The translations under genes were made by a program, and so were the position numbers. A stretch of DNA of 64,000 nucleotides, from contig NC_092680.1 in NCBI RefSeq assembly GCF_964355755.1, positions 2,232,001 to 2,296,000 on the forward strand, in the 5' to 3' direction. Positions 13,746 through 26,800 of this stretch are shown in pieces (positions within the stretch are counted from its first letter, which is position 1; each line of letters starts with the position of its first letter). The DNA is from Antedon mediterranea. Taxonomy: Eukaryota; Animalia; Echinodermata. The notes under the pieces were generated by a model. That model was not told the origin of the DNA. It saw only the letters and a list, made by a program, of their open reading frames with translations, and did no database searches.

Positions 13746-14097
13746 TTAGATTGGCAGATCTTAACATTCAAGTGTAGGCCCTACACGGCAAAAAATCCTA
13801 TCCTTAAATTCCAGTAATTACAATTTATTATGTAATTGAAACCAATCAGCATGAAGAATAGCCATGTCTATGCATTAATGCAAGTAATTATTTTCTGACC
13901 ATCACCTGATTGTTGTAAATATCTCGTAAGGTTCTTCAACTAAAAATAATCAATATTATATCACTACAAGGTATGAAATTAGTTTTCATACGTCTGTCTG
14001 ACCTCACGACCGACCTATATTCTAAAGGTTGATAAAGTGCAAGGCTTAAGTCCAGCAGATTGCGTCTGATGCAAAGGTAGCTTCTTGTGCATCCTAA

Positions 14098-14160
14098 AGC
14101 TCTGTCTACATTATCAAAATTTGATTTAAAAAGTGTGATGTGCGCAAATATGACAGAGCT
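14098..14160. mobile_element. MITE family A, internally deleted copy
   Basis: AGCTCTGTCTACATTATCAAA...GACAGAGCT; both termini are kept, flanked by TAA and TTA. Confidence 0.75.
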
Positions 14161-15369
14161 TTACGCTGACAAACCTTTTATTGGTCTTTCCCGGATGTCA
14201 TATTGCGCGCGCATGGTGTAATACGCTTTTTTTGGCAAGCGTAATCATCATACATATTTCTAACTAGTGTAAATCAAGCACTAGGTCTATTCTGGTAATG
14301 TACAGGCAATTTGAAGCAGACTATCAAGTGGGCCTAGTATTCACCCCAAACGTAGGAGGGCAGTGTAACTCTATTCGTGTGAACCCTCCACCCTCCCAAA
14401 ATTTGTCCAAACATAATAAAGAGAGCGGAATAATAAAAAATAAAGTATTTGATTTTTTAGCCTTCTGAGTGATCAACGTTCCAATGATATATTCTCCAGT
14501 TATCTTAGTATGTTTTACGGTACTACTTTTGAATTAATTTGTCATTTTTTACGTTTTACACAATTCAGTTGAATGCGCATTTATTCTTAATTGGAACTTG
14601 TCAAATGTCGGAAATATGGACGACATTGCTTCAACAATTACTTTATGCTTTCTTCACGCACAACAATTGTACACAATTACTCAACAAAAACTCATTTAAA
14701 TCGTGTTAAAACGTGGTTAAATCGCCTGTTACGGAAACTAGAATCTTTTGTACCAGTGCGCCTTTTAAACGTGTAAAGTCGCTTTATAACGCTGCATCGA
14801 CATCCGATTAATTACTTATTTATCTTAATTTTGTTGACCCGGATTTATTTCACTAATCAAATCGTACGGCACTTGAATCGTATCCAATTAGAGAGAGAAG
14901 CCTCTCTCATCACTCGGCGAGAAATGTCAACAAATCGTTGAAGAACTAGGACAGGTCAGATGTCTGCCCTTGGGTGCCAATTCAACCTTCATTATATTCT
15001 AGGCATCTTTTACCCACAGCAGCAAAACCAGTATACCACCGTTATTAATATGATTCCTGCATTCATAGTTGGCATAATTTTCCAATTGGCTTAGCACAAA
15101 ATACGATCGTATTTATAATCGCTTGATGTTGAATGGTTCAATTGATCTACCATGTCTATGCATCTCTCCAGATTGATCTTTTGGAGTGATAGAGCGATCG
15201 ATTTGTTCAATTGGTCAAGTTCTGCTTGGTCAGATTCATTGAAAACGTTGGTCCAAAAGATTTGAATGATTACGTAATCAATTATGTTCTTCCAATAGAC
15301 AAGATAGTATTATATAAAACAACAAACGTCTTAATTAATTAATTAATTATTCAACTTAATTATTATTAA

Positions 15370-15682
15370 AGATGTAGGCTATTGTTCCCAAAAACATGAA
15401 CTAATAAAGATGAATAAAATCCGACTTTGAGTAGTTTATTTTTTAGTTTTAATAAAGTTAATCAGTTCCATAGAAAATAATGTTTTCACTTATAAAATGA
15501 CAAAATAAATGGTTCAATTCAACCAAAAATTCATTGAATTTTTTTGCTTTAAATTACAATTTTTCCAGGTAAATTAATTGGTTTTCTATCCAATTTTTGG
15601 TCAAGGTGGATAACTAATAAGTAACATTAAAATGGCATATTAAAAAAAAATGCAAATTATTTTTAAGTGGGACAATACATCT
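15370..15682. mobile_element. TTAA-target MITE family B (Kolobok-like)
   Basis: TIR AGATGTA(ggcta)TTGTTCC...GGGACAATACATCT with a TTAA TSD. AG..CT termini fit Kolobok better than piggyBac. Confidence 0.8.
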
Positions 15683-16676
15683 TTAAATTGATTATGGTTT
15701 TCAATGTTATTTTAAATGTTGTTTTCAGTAGTGAACTTGAAGAAGTATGTAGTAGTGTGACCTTTTATAGTCAACCCAATTAACATTAACAATAAAGAAC
15801 AAGGAGTAGGCCTAACCTACATACATTATGTATTAATAATCAATAATTTACATAAAATAACCATTAACTACGTATGAAATTAGTTTTCAACGATGAGTGA
15901 AAAATAATCAATATGATATACCGTTAAAGTCTTTTTACAAGGCCATTGTACTTTTTTTGGATAAAATACTGATTTTAATACCACACCCGTTATTAACGTT
16001 ATTTATAACGTTATTACATATAACCTTATAGCTATATAATATTATACACAAACATCATGTTAAACAATACCACGAATGCCTATAAAATTTAAGAATAATA
16101 ATAATAATTTTGTAACAATAAACATGAACAACCACTCTCCGTTGACCTGGACTAAAGTGCAAACAACAAGCATTTACGTACATCTCATGTATATTTCACA
16201 GACACATTTAACCTGATATTGAAAGAGAGTTCACGATAAGAAAAGGTAAAACGGTTAACAATGTTAATATCAAATTAAATGGTAGAGAAGTTTACTAATG
16301 TGATATGGGATTAAAAATGCTCGAAGAGGTAAATCATTATTATTCCTTTAAAATGATGCTGTTTAATAACTGAACTACATCTAACCAACCAACAAAATAA
16401 TTGATTATTTTACCCTTGTTTAAAGGGCTGCATGTTGGCAGTAACACTGTTCTACATATATGTGCTTTTTTCTTTGAATTTTACACTGGACACAACAAAA
16501 AGGAAATTCGTTTAAGGTTAAAACGTTAAATGTCAGTCTTTATTGACTTTCAGAATTACTTTGTATGTCCTTGAACATTTTAACTTCTTTTATTAAAATA
16601 AAACATATCAGGAAATTGTGGTTTTCTCGGAATTTAAATAGAACTTACCAACCATATCAGCATTTTCTTTAATTAT

Positions 16677-17002
16677 AAATAAATCCACTCCTACTGAAGT
16701 TACTAATTGGTTTTAAAATGATATAAATAGTGAACATTTAAAAATGAATTTACTTTTAATATCATTACTAATTCTGTGCTTTTTTTGTATTTCTACTATA
16801 AAAATGGAAGAATGCAAATAAATAAACCCACTCCTTCTGAAGTTACTAAATTGGTTTAGAAATGATATAAATAGTGATAATAAACTTTCTCTTTTTGTAT
16901 TCTATGCTATTTTTATTTACTTTATTTTTTTTAATGGAAGAATACTATTTCCAATAATAATAATATAATCCTGGTTCTGAAATTACTGAAGTGGTTTTGA
17001 AA
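16677..17002. repeat. Degenerate tandem repeat of about 140 bp (2-3 copies)
   Basis: CCACTC..CTGAAGTTACTAA.TTGGTTT..AAATGATATAAATAGTGA at about 16685 and 16828, with a weaker copy at about 16970. Confidence 0.6.
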
Positions 17003-18230
17003 TAATTTGTAAGCGATTCTAAACGTAGGCAAGTTCATATTTTCCAACAAGCTTTTCATTAAATGAACAATACGGTACACCTTTAACCTACAAATATATG
17101 GAAATGATCACAACATGATAGCACAATACATTCCTTGAATCACCGTCAAGAGTCCCTTAAATCAGGAAATACATTCACAACATCTGGTAATGTATTAAGT
17201 TTAGATCAATACTTCCTTGTGTATAAATGAAAAACATGTACAGTACTACTGAAAACAATACAATTCGAGATTGTTCACTTTACCCATTGAGGATTTTACT
17301 TTAAATTTATTCAATAATGTTTCTTATATTTTTCTGGAACCATACTGAATTATTGTTTTGAATTGTTAATGTGGTTATTTTGTGTTTAATCAAAATAATG
17401 GTGTTTTTATATGTTTTGGAAAGTTTACACAGTAATTGTATAAACTTGAGGCAGAAGTCATCAACAAATAATACAGAACATTTTAGGATGTATTCGTACT
17501 ATATATGAATTATTAACATTTGTATATAAGAACAAGTTAGGTAATTTTGTATTTAATCACCATTGTAATGTTTTAAATGTTTTGGAATGTTCATGTCAGG
17601 CAGAAATCATATATTGCATAATATACTGTTTTTGTTGTTTATAACGTGTAGAGTTATCGACCAAGATGACAACTTTCAAGAACAATGAACAGACAGCATT
17701 AGGGAAATATAACACTATATTGAATTCATTTCTGTTTCCCTAATGCTTCTTCAGATGTTTTATCACAGTTTGGAAACTTCTTCAGTCGCAGTTCATGAGT
17801 TCAGGATTTTTGTTGAAAAATAAATGTTAGGCTCAACCATACTAATATATATATATAATTATATATATATTACTTTTCAGCAATGCTGGTTTATATATTT
17901 ATGATATTGCACAATGTCAAGAAATGTCAAGTACTTATGAAATTCCCTTTTATCAATTCCGGTAAAAGGAAATATCTGCACAGTTTTTTAAGGTCAGTGG
18001 TGGTGCTATGGAGCACAGAGCATTTGGGGTTAAATAAATAAATAAAGATGGTACATTTTCCAGAAAAAGCAAGGTTATTAAGGAAGATAATATGTTGAGA
18101 AAGAAGGAGTGAGCAGACAAAGAAGAAGAAACAAAAAAGGTGTTATGAGAAGTATGTTTAGATGGTTATGTTTTACAAAAAGATGAAGTGGAGTGAGATT
18201 AGATGTGAAAGAAAGGAAAAACAAATTAAA

Positions 18231-18376
18231 TGAAGGTAACCAGCGAAGAGAGATTGGATATGTTTTAAGAAAAGATGAAGGTAACCAGTGAAGAGAGATT
18301 GGAAATGTTTTATGAAAAGATGACGATAACCAGTGAAGAGAGATTGGATATGTTTTACGACAAGATGAAAATAACC
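18231..18376. repeat. 45-bp purine-rich minisatellite, about 3.2 copies
   Basis: TGAAGGTAACCAGTGAAGAGAGATTGGATATGTTTTA.GAAAAGA at 18231, 18276 and 18321. Confidence 0.85.
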
Positions 18377-18865
18377 TTAGGATAAGATGAAGAACAATAT
18401 ACAGAAAACATTAGATTGTTTGACTAAAAAATAAGAAGATGATATATGGTGCAGTATAGAGCGAGTTCAATGATTCTTTAAAAGAAAAATTACCACAGAA
18501 ATGACGAATATTACTATTTATTTATTATTATTCTTTTGTTTATCCCATTCAAAGAAGAAGATGTATCAATGCAGATAAGCATAATAATAACAATAATACT
18601 CACAATGCAAATATCGAAATTCAGCCGTTTAATATGCAGATGCCCTGGAGTTTATTGTTTCTAGACATAGAGTACCGTTCGAAAATCGGCTGAATATAAT
18701 ATGAACTTTCAACAAGATAACAGAATCAGTTCTGCTTTATTCTTAATTTTCTATCCTTTTAAAAGTATACATTAGGCTTAATTCTATTTGTATTTAATAA
18801 AATAACTTTATTATTTTGTACAAATAGTTTGTTTATTGACAAACGGATTTCAAAAAAAATATTAA

Positions 18866-19200
18866 AGATGTTATATTGTCCTCCAAAAACATGAAAAATA
18901 AACATTAATAAAATCAAACGTTGAATAGATTATTTTGTAGCTTTAATAAAGTTAATCACTTACATAGAAAAACACGGAAACAATTAATGTTTTCACTTAC
19001 AAAATGACAAAATAAATGGTTAAATTCAATCAAAAACCCATTGACTGGCAGCTATTTTTGCTTTAAACGACAGTTTTTTAAGTAAATACTTAATTTTCCA
19101 ATCCAATTTTTGGTCAAAGTGGATAACATTATGTGACATTAAAATGGCATATAGAACAAAAAATGTTTTTATTAATTTTTGTCAGTTTGACAATACATCT
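18866..19200. mobile_element. TTAA-target MITE family B (Kolobok-like)
   Basis: TTAA|AGATGTTATATTGTCC...GACAATACATCT|TTAA. The interior aligns with 15370-15682. Confidence 0.8.
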
Positions 19201-20169
19201 TTAACAATTGTTTGCAATTTGTAGTTATCTGCTTAAACTAAGTTGAAAATGTTCCAATTTTGTCATTTACTCTTTTAATCGTGATAGCAAAGGTCAAAGT
19301 TCATAATACAATATGGCCGTATTAAGAATAATTATCAGTCAAATGGTTTTTTAGAAACTAAATTTACATCGTCAAGTCATCACATTTACATATCAGTCAT
19401 AAACAATCAACTCATCTTTGTGACCCATTTAGTTAACAAGTTCACAAGGTGTTTAAGCCAGCATTAATGACTAACATAAATATTAATTCTTATTTTGTAA
19501 GTTCTCTGTTCAACCTATTTATTTAAGAAAAACAAGTGTATTCTTTAAAGAAGTTCAAAGGCCGAAGGCTACACATTAAACTTTAGTACAATAAATGAAG
19601 CTAAAAACGCGTTTGTTACGTCGGACTAATAATCAATCGTCTCATTTTGTAAAAAAAAATGTCAATTCAATTCAATTATATTATATTATTTCGTCAAGCA
19701 CTTTGGCTCGAAAATGATCTTGCTTGTCACGTATATAACACATTAAAAGTATTATCAAATGGATAAAATATAAACACCAAGGGGTATATTATATATATAT
19801 AAATTTTATTTATTCACGAGACTGATGTGCAGTACAACTTGTTCAATCAATATTGATTGTTTTTACACAAGTTCGTGATATTACACAAAAAAAAACCAAC
19901 ACCATATAAATACGACAAAAAAGATAGAAAAAATTGAAATTGAAAAGAAAACAATTACAGCAGAATCCCCTTTTCCGACACCTCTATTTAGGGTACACCA
20001 TACGGGTACTTCCCGTGTAAACGGGAACCCCTATTCAAGTGTAAAATTCAAAAGCAACAAATACAAAATAATATAAGGTGGTTTAAACATGGCAATAGTA
20101 AAAATACCATAACAATGTAGAGAACAGTGATTGTATTAAAAATTGGATAAAAGGTATAAGTTCACCTGA

Positions 20170-20700
20170 CAACATTTGCATTAAAAAGTCTCAAAGCAGA
20201 TGGGAGAAAAGAATTTCGTAATCTATTAGTTTTTATTATAGGGCAGCAAATTCTACCACAACATATTTGTTGAGTGGATGGCTTTCCTCGATTTCTATAC
20301 ATTTTGTAGCAAGTTCTTCTAATGTATTAACATTGATACCAATTATTGTACTAGCTATACCTTAGTTATTTTCTCTTTCGAATTTATTAATGTTTTTTTT
20401 TCATCAGCCTATTAAACCATACTGTACAGCAAAAATGTAAAACATATTGAATAACAGATTGATGAAATAAATATAAAATATCTCTATTAACATTAAATTT
20501 CTACATTCGTCTGATAAAATATAACCTTTGGTTGCATATATACTTTTGGTATTGCGATTCCAGTTGAGTTTATCATCTAAAAATATTTCAAGGTATTTGT
20601 GTTCAGTAACAATTTATACTTCATCATTAAAAATAGTTTCATGCCCGCTGTATTCCTTCTAAAGTAAATAATCAGTTCTTTTCTTTTCTTAACATTAATG
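20170..20700 (-). pseudogene. Decayed 3' fragment of a Rex/Babar-like (CR1-group) LINE RT ORF
   Basis: Translation across stops and frameshifts gives INVKKRKELIIYFRR ... HKYLEIFLDDKLNWNRNT ... QRLYFIRRM*KFNVNRDILYLFHQSVIQYVLHFCCTVWF ... IKTNRLRNSFLPSALRLFN, which matches the typical C-terminal region of this clade. Confidence 0.75.
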
Positions 20701-21594
20701 GTTTTCCTAATATTAATGGTTTTCTTAATTTGTAATACAACACTTGGTACCAACTGATCTGCCGCACTGTAATAACAGTTGTCGCACTTGTAATAACTAA
20801 GCTCAGGTTCGCACTTAGTAATATGTAGCACATGTAGTATTAACTGCCGGTCGCACTTTGTAATACTGTACCATATTCTGTCTCAGTATATTACAATTAA
20901 CTCAATGTCTTACTAAGATATATTAATAATAAAGTAAGATTAGATATGATGAATTATCATCATTTGATTGGACAATTTAGGTCACATGATAAAAAGTAAG
21001 TGCCTTATCAATCCGTCCACAGCGCGGTGAATTCCGATTTATATGATAAAGATCTAAAAGTAATAACCTGTATACACCAACAACCCACTTGAAACCCACC
21101 CATTCTAGCCATACTAGATATTAGACTGTAAGATTATATATCTTTTTAATATTAATGACCATATCATTATGAATATAAACTAGGACACGACATTGAAAAT
21201 GGCGCCAGTCAAATTTAATGACCAAAATTAACACATTTCAGTGAAGTAGTAAAAATTAGCATTTTAAAAAGTTTAATAATCTAATTATTTATGTTTCTAG
21301 TTTAATTTCAAAAGATACATTGATTAATTCGGTACAAAAGAATATCGACCTTTAATGTACGCTAGGATAACGGTCTTCGTTACAAGGTTTGGTTCTGTGT
21401 ATGTGTGATTTTGTTTGTATCATATTGCTTTAATTAACTCTTTCTAGAAACGGAACCATGTATTTTCTTTTCTGTCAAAACTTCCTTTTTTTATTCTCCA
21501 TATCGAATCCAAATTGTTATTAAACTTAAAACAACTTATTTCTCTTTTGGCATACAAACTTTTATGTAGCCGACTCAGATTTGTGTTCAATTTG

Positions 21595-22070
21595 TGAAAA
21601 AAATGCCAAATTTCAACCCTTTAATTTTTTGACATAACTAGTTACTATGGCTCTATAAGATAATAACATATGTGCATATGTGACAATATTATCGCATATT
21701 TATTGAATTTTAAAAAGTGGATATTTAGGGAATTTTTCGAAAAATGGCAAATTTTCGACCCTTTTATTTTTGGACATAACTAGTTACTATGGCTCTATAC
21801 GATGATGATAACACAATATATGCGTATATATGGCAATATTATTTCATATTTAGTGAATTTTAAATAAGTGGATATTTTGGCCATCTTTCGAAAAAAATCC
21901 CTGTACTATATATAGTACAGGAAAATTGTCGAAAAATTGGCAATTTTCGACCCTTTTATTTTTGGACATAACCAGTTACTATGGATCTATACGATGATGA
22001 TAATACATTATATGCGCATATATGGCAATATTATTACATATATTTATTGAATTTTAAAAAGTGGATATTT
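21595..22070. repeat. Older related repeat units flanking the satellite (three copies; the tail recurs at about 30905-30990)
   Basis: These units share TTTTCGACCCTTTTATTTTT.GACATAA..GTTACTAT with the satellite but continue into a different module (TATATGCGTATATATGGCAATATTAT...AAAAGTGGATATTT). That module reappears in the same orientation after the array. Confidence 0.75.
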
Positions 22071-23824
22071 TGGCCATTTTTCGAAAAAATCCATGTACTA
22101 TAGTAGGCCTACAGGGAAATTTCCGAAAAATGGCCGATTATATTTTCGACCCTTTTATTTTTTGACATAAATGGTTACTATTGCACAATAAACATGCGCA
22201 GAGTCGAATAATGGGTTCTGCGCATCTCAATTGTGCTATCATAACTATATTTGACATAAATGGTTACTATAGCATAATAAACATGCGCAGAGGCGAGTAA
22301 TGGGTTCTGCGCATGTCAATTGTGCTATAGTAATCAGTTTTATCGAAAAATAAAAAGGTCGAAAATTAGCCATTTTTTTGAAAAAATCCCTGTACTATAG
22401 TACAGGGAAATTTCCGAAAAATGGCCGATTTTCGACCCTTTTATTTTTTGACATAAATGGTTACTATTGCATAATAAACATGCGCAGAGTCGAATAATAG
22501 GTTCTGCGCATGTCAATTGTGCTATCATAACTATATTTGACATAAATGGTTACTATAGCATAATAAACATGCGCAGAGGTGAGTAATGGGTTCTGCGCAT
22601 GTCAATTGTGCTATAGTAATCAGTTTTATCGAAAAATAAAAAGGTCGAAAATTTGCCATTTTTTGGAAGAAAAACAGGGAAATTTCCGAAAAATGACCGA
22701 TTTTCGACCCTTTTATTTTTTGACATAAATGGTTACTATTGCATAATAAACATGCGCAGAGTCGAATAATGGGTTCTGCGCATGTCAATTGTGCTATCAT
22801 AACTATATTTGACATAAATGGTTACTATAGCATAATAAACATGCGCAGAGGCGATTAATGGGTTCTGCGCATGTCAATTGTGCTATAGTAATCAGTTTTA
22901 TCGAAAAATAAAAAGGTCGAAAATTGGCCATTTTTTGGAAAAAATCCCTGTACTATATATAGTACAGGGAAATTTCCGAAAAATGCCCGATTTTCGACCC
23001 TTTTATTTTTTGACATAAATGGTTACTATTGCATAATAAACATGCGCAGAGTCAAATAATGGGTTCTGCGCATGTCAATTGTGCTATCATAACTATATTT
23101 GACATAAATGGTTACTATAGCATAATAAACATGCGCAGAGGCGATTAATGGGTTCTGCGCATGTCAATTGTGCTATAGTAACCATTTTTATCGAAAAATA
23201 AAAAGGTCGAAAATTTGCCATTTTTTTGAAAAAATCCCTGTACTATAGTACAGGAAAATTTCCGAAAAATGGCCGATTTTCGACCCTTTTATTTTTTGAC
23301 ATAAATGGTTACTATTGCATAATAACCATGCGCAGAGTCGAATAATAGGTCCTGCGCATGTCAATTGTGCTATCATAACTATATTTGACATAAATGGTTA
23401 CTATAGCATAATAAACATGCGCAGAGGTGAGTAATGGGTTCTGCGCATGTCAATTGTGCTACAGTAATCAGTTTTATCGAAAAATAAAAAGGTCGAAAAT
23501 TTGCCATTTTTTGGAAGAAATCCCTGTACTATAGTACAGGGAAATTTCCGAAAAATGGCCGATTTTCGACCCTTTTATTTTTTGACATAAATGGTTACTA
23601 TTGCATAATAAACATGCGCAGAGTCGAATAATGGGTTCTGCGCATGTCAATTGTGCTATCATAACTATATTTGACATAAATGGTTACTATAGCATAATAA
23701 ACATGCGCAGAGGCGATTAATGGGTTCTGCGCATGTCAATTGTGCTATAGTAACCATTTTTATCGAAAAATAAAAAGGTCGAAAATTTGCCATTTTTTTG
23801 AAAAAATCCCTGTACTATAGTACA
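22070..23824. repeat. 286-bp satellite, left block (about 6 monomers)
   Basis: Each monomer has two related ~90-bp hairpin modules (GACATAAATGGTTACTA...CATGCGCAGAG...TTCTGCGCATGTCAATTGTGCTAT) and one module centred on TCCCTGTACTATAGTACAGGGA. The repeated ORFs at 23188 and 23474 show the 286-bp period. Confidence 0.95.
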
Positions 23825-26800
23825 TCCCAGGGAGCTTGGCTATGAAATTTTGAGAAAATTAGGGGGTTGGGATTATAATTGGATTGCATTAACAACGGAT
23901 TTATCATAGGTCTTGCATCCAACTTTAGCCTAAATTAGGGGGTGGGATTATACTCGAACATGGAATTATACATGGTTATATACAATAAATTGTATTTTAC
24001 TTCTGGTAACTACAGTATTTAGTAAATCATTTTGGGGCAGTACAGTAGAATCTCCCTCGTATTAAAGGGACACTGTGAAATGGATGAGAGGAATAGCTGT
24101 TCTAGGGCCAACTCCTGTTAAAGGGGACACTAATTTGTAGTTGTTCTATTATATTGCGTTTAAGTATAGCATACTGGTAGCCTGGTGATTAAACATTCCC
24201 ATTGTTAAGAAGCTGGTTCATTGGCTGATGGTGGTAACATTTGCATATGTTAATTATAGTTGTCGAAGTTGGATAATAGCGAACATTCGTTTCGGGTTGA
24301 TAGACGAAGGAGACGTTAATTTGTCGGTTGTTGAACACGATTGGAATTTACGTTCCACTCATTATGGTCCGTTGAATTACCATCTACCATCCCGAAACAG
24401 GAGCTTGCTAATGTAAAAAGCACAAACAAGTTTTAAATATTATTACTGTTATATTTATTATGCTGGTAACTGCACTAGCCATTAGACCAATGTGTATTTT
24501 AATGTTCTGTGCCTTTGAAAAAAAAAATAAGAAGCTTTTGCTATTAATAGATTATATTATACTATATCATTAGTTGATAAGTATTTTATGCACTTTCAAT
24601 GTTGTTTTGAATTTAAAAGTGTTCATTGCTGTTTAGTATTTGATTAATATTGATTATTATTATCAGACCCCTCCCCCCAGGCCTGGGGGAGGGGTCTGAT
24701 AAAAGAATACCCCCCACGAAAGCTCCGCGTGTCGTAAGAGGCGACTAAAGGAGGACTGCAGTAACAGCAGGGGGTCGGGCGCTGTTGGGTGGCACCAACA
24801 GGGTCATAAAACCGGCATATCCCCAAATACGTTCTGCAGTAGAGGCGAGTTTAGGCCGCCTCTAAATAGGCCTAGCCATGCCCTGCATTAGGCAGCAGTG
24901 ATGCAGTATGGGTGTCTCGGCGGAAGATCCATTTCTAGGACAACGGCAGACCTCAGCACACATTGTCAGGCAAGATGGTGATCCCATTTATGGCTGATAG
25001 ACTGCGGTGAAGAAGGCAACGGGAAACCACTTCACTATCATTTTTCCAAGAACAATTATGAAGTGTCACAATTCAAGAATGAAAGCTAACGGCGTAAAGG
25101 GGGTACATCCATCGTATGAAGGAGGCTCCTCGCCCGGTAGGGTGTCTCATGTGCGACAGGTGGAGCTCGACCGTCATCAAGCTACTGTCCGCAATAGAAG
25201 TACAATCAGACTAGGAACGTGGAATGTGAGGACCTTGTATCAAGATGGCAAACTTGAAAATGTTAAGCAGGAAATGATAAGACTCAATATCAATATATTA
25301 GGGATAAATGAAACTCATTGGACAAATAATGGTGAATTTATGATTGATGCTTACAAGATGATTTACGCTGGAGGAGACAAACATGAAAAAGGTGTAGGGT
25401 TGCTTTTGGATGGTGATATGGCTAAATGTATGCTGGGCTATTGGGCTGTGAGTGAAAGAGTTATGCTGGTCAAACTGCAGGGACAACCCTTCAATATCTC
25501 TATCATAGTGGTTTATGCACCTACAGCTGACAGCACAGATGAAGAGATAGATAACTTTTATGCGACCTTAGACCAGGCCAAATCCCAATGCAAATCAGAT
25601 GAGATAAATTTCATCATGGGTGATCTGAATGCAAAGGTTGGCCATGAACAAGATGGAAACACAGTTGGAGAGCATGGGATGGGTGAAAGAAATGCGCGTG
25701 GCGACAGATGGGTGAACTGGTGTAAAGCTAAGGATATGACCATAACAAATACATGGTTTAAAGAGCATCCCAGACGAATATACACATGGAAGAGCCCTGG
25801 TGATGTGACGAGGAATCAGATTGACTACATTGCAGTAAACAGTAGGTGGAAAAGGGCAGTGACTCATGCAAAAACATATCCAGGGGCAGATTGTGGAAGT
25901 GACCACATTCCAGTGGTTTGCACACTTCAATCAAAGTTAAAAAAGGTGAAGAAAGCCAAAAATGTACAGAAATTAGACTTTGAGCAGCTAAACAGTCCGG
26001 AGATCCGTTTGGAATATTCCATTCAAGTGAGGAATAAGTTTGACATCCTTGTAGATGAAGGTGAAGAGATTACGTGGGATGCAATGAGAGACATCCTTGT
26101 TGAGACAGCCAAAGAATCCTTACCTAAGAAAGAGAGAAGAAGGAAGAACAAATGGGTGTCGGAAGAGATACTATCAATGATGAGGGATAGACAGAAGATT
26201 AGTAGTAGATCAAGTAAAGAATATAAAGATCTAGATAGAGAAATTAAGCAAAAGTGCAGGGAGGCAAAAGAAAAGTGGCTTAACACACAGTGTGAGGAGA
26301 TTGAGAGTGGACTAGAGAACAACAACCACAAGATTTATCAGAGACTTAATGAGATCACTGGAAGGAAGTCTGGCTGCTCAAACTCTGGATGCATTAAGGC
26401 AAAAGATGGAACAATGCTTGTTGAAAAGACTGATATTTTGAAAAGATGGACAGAGTATATCGGGGAGCTGTTTTTTGATGTTAGACAAGCAATGCCAAGC
26501 TTTCCTGACTCAGAAGAAGGACCAAAGATCTTGAAAGCAGAAGTACGAACAGCAATCAAGAGGTTGAGGAAGAATAAGGCGGCAGGACCGGATGGTGTAG
26601 TCATCGAGATGATTGAGGCATTAGAAGAGTATGGAGTGGAAAAGTTAACTGAAGTGATCAATAAGATATACGAGGATGGAAGCTTCCCTGAGGACTTGAG
26701 TAAGTCCATTTTTATTGCCCTTCCGAAGAAACCAGGTGCTGTAGAATGTGAAAAACATCGTACAATCAGCCTCATGAGTCATGTCACCAAGATCATTCTG

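Noticed and set aside
20577-20831. 84-aa ORF as a gene
   Set aside because: Part of it is a decayed LINE RT frame (INVKKRKELIIYFRR) fused to unrelated repeat sequence.
24700-25010. Canonical HDV-like ribozyme at the RTE 5' end
   Set aside because: I could not assign P1/P1.1/P2/P3 in the required nested order by eye. It is kept only as a structured-leader finding.
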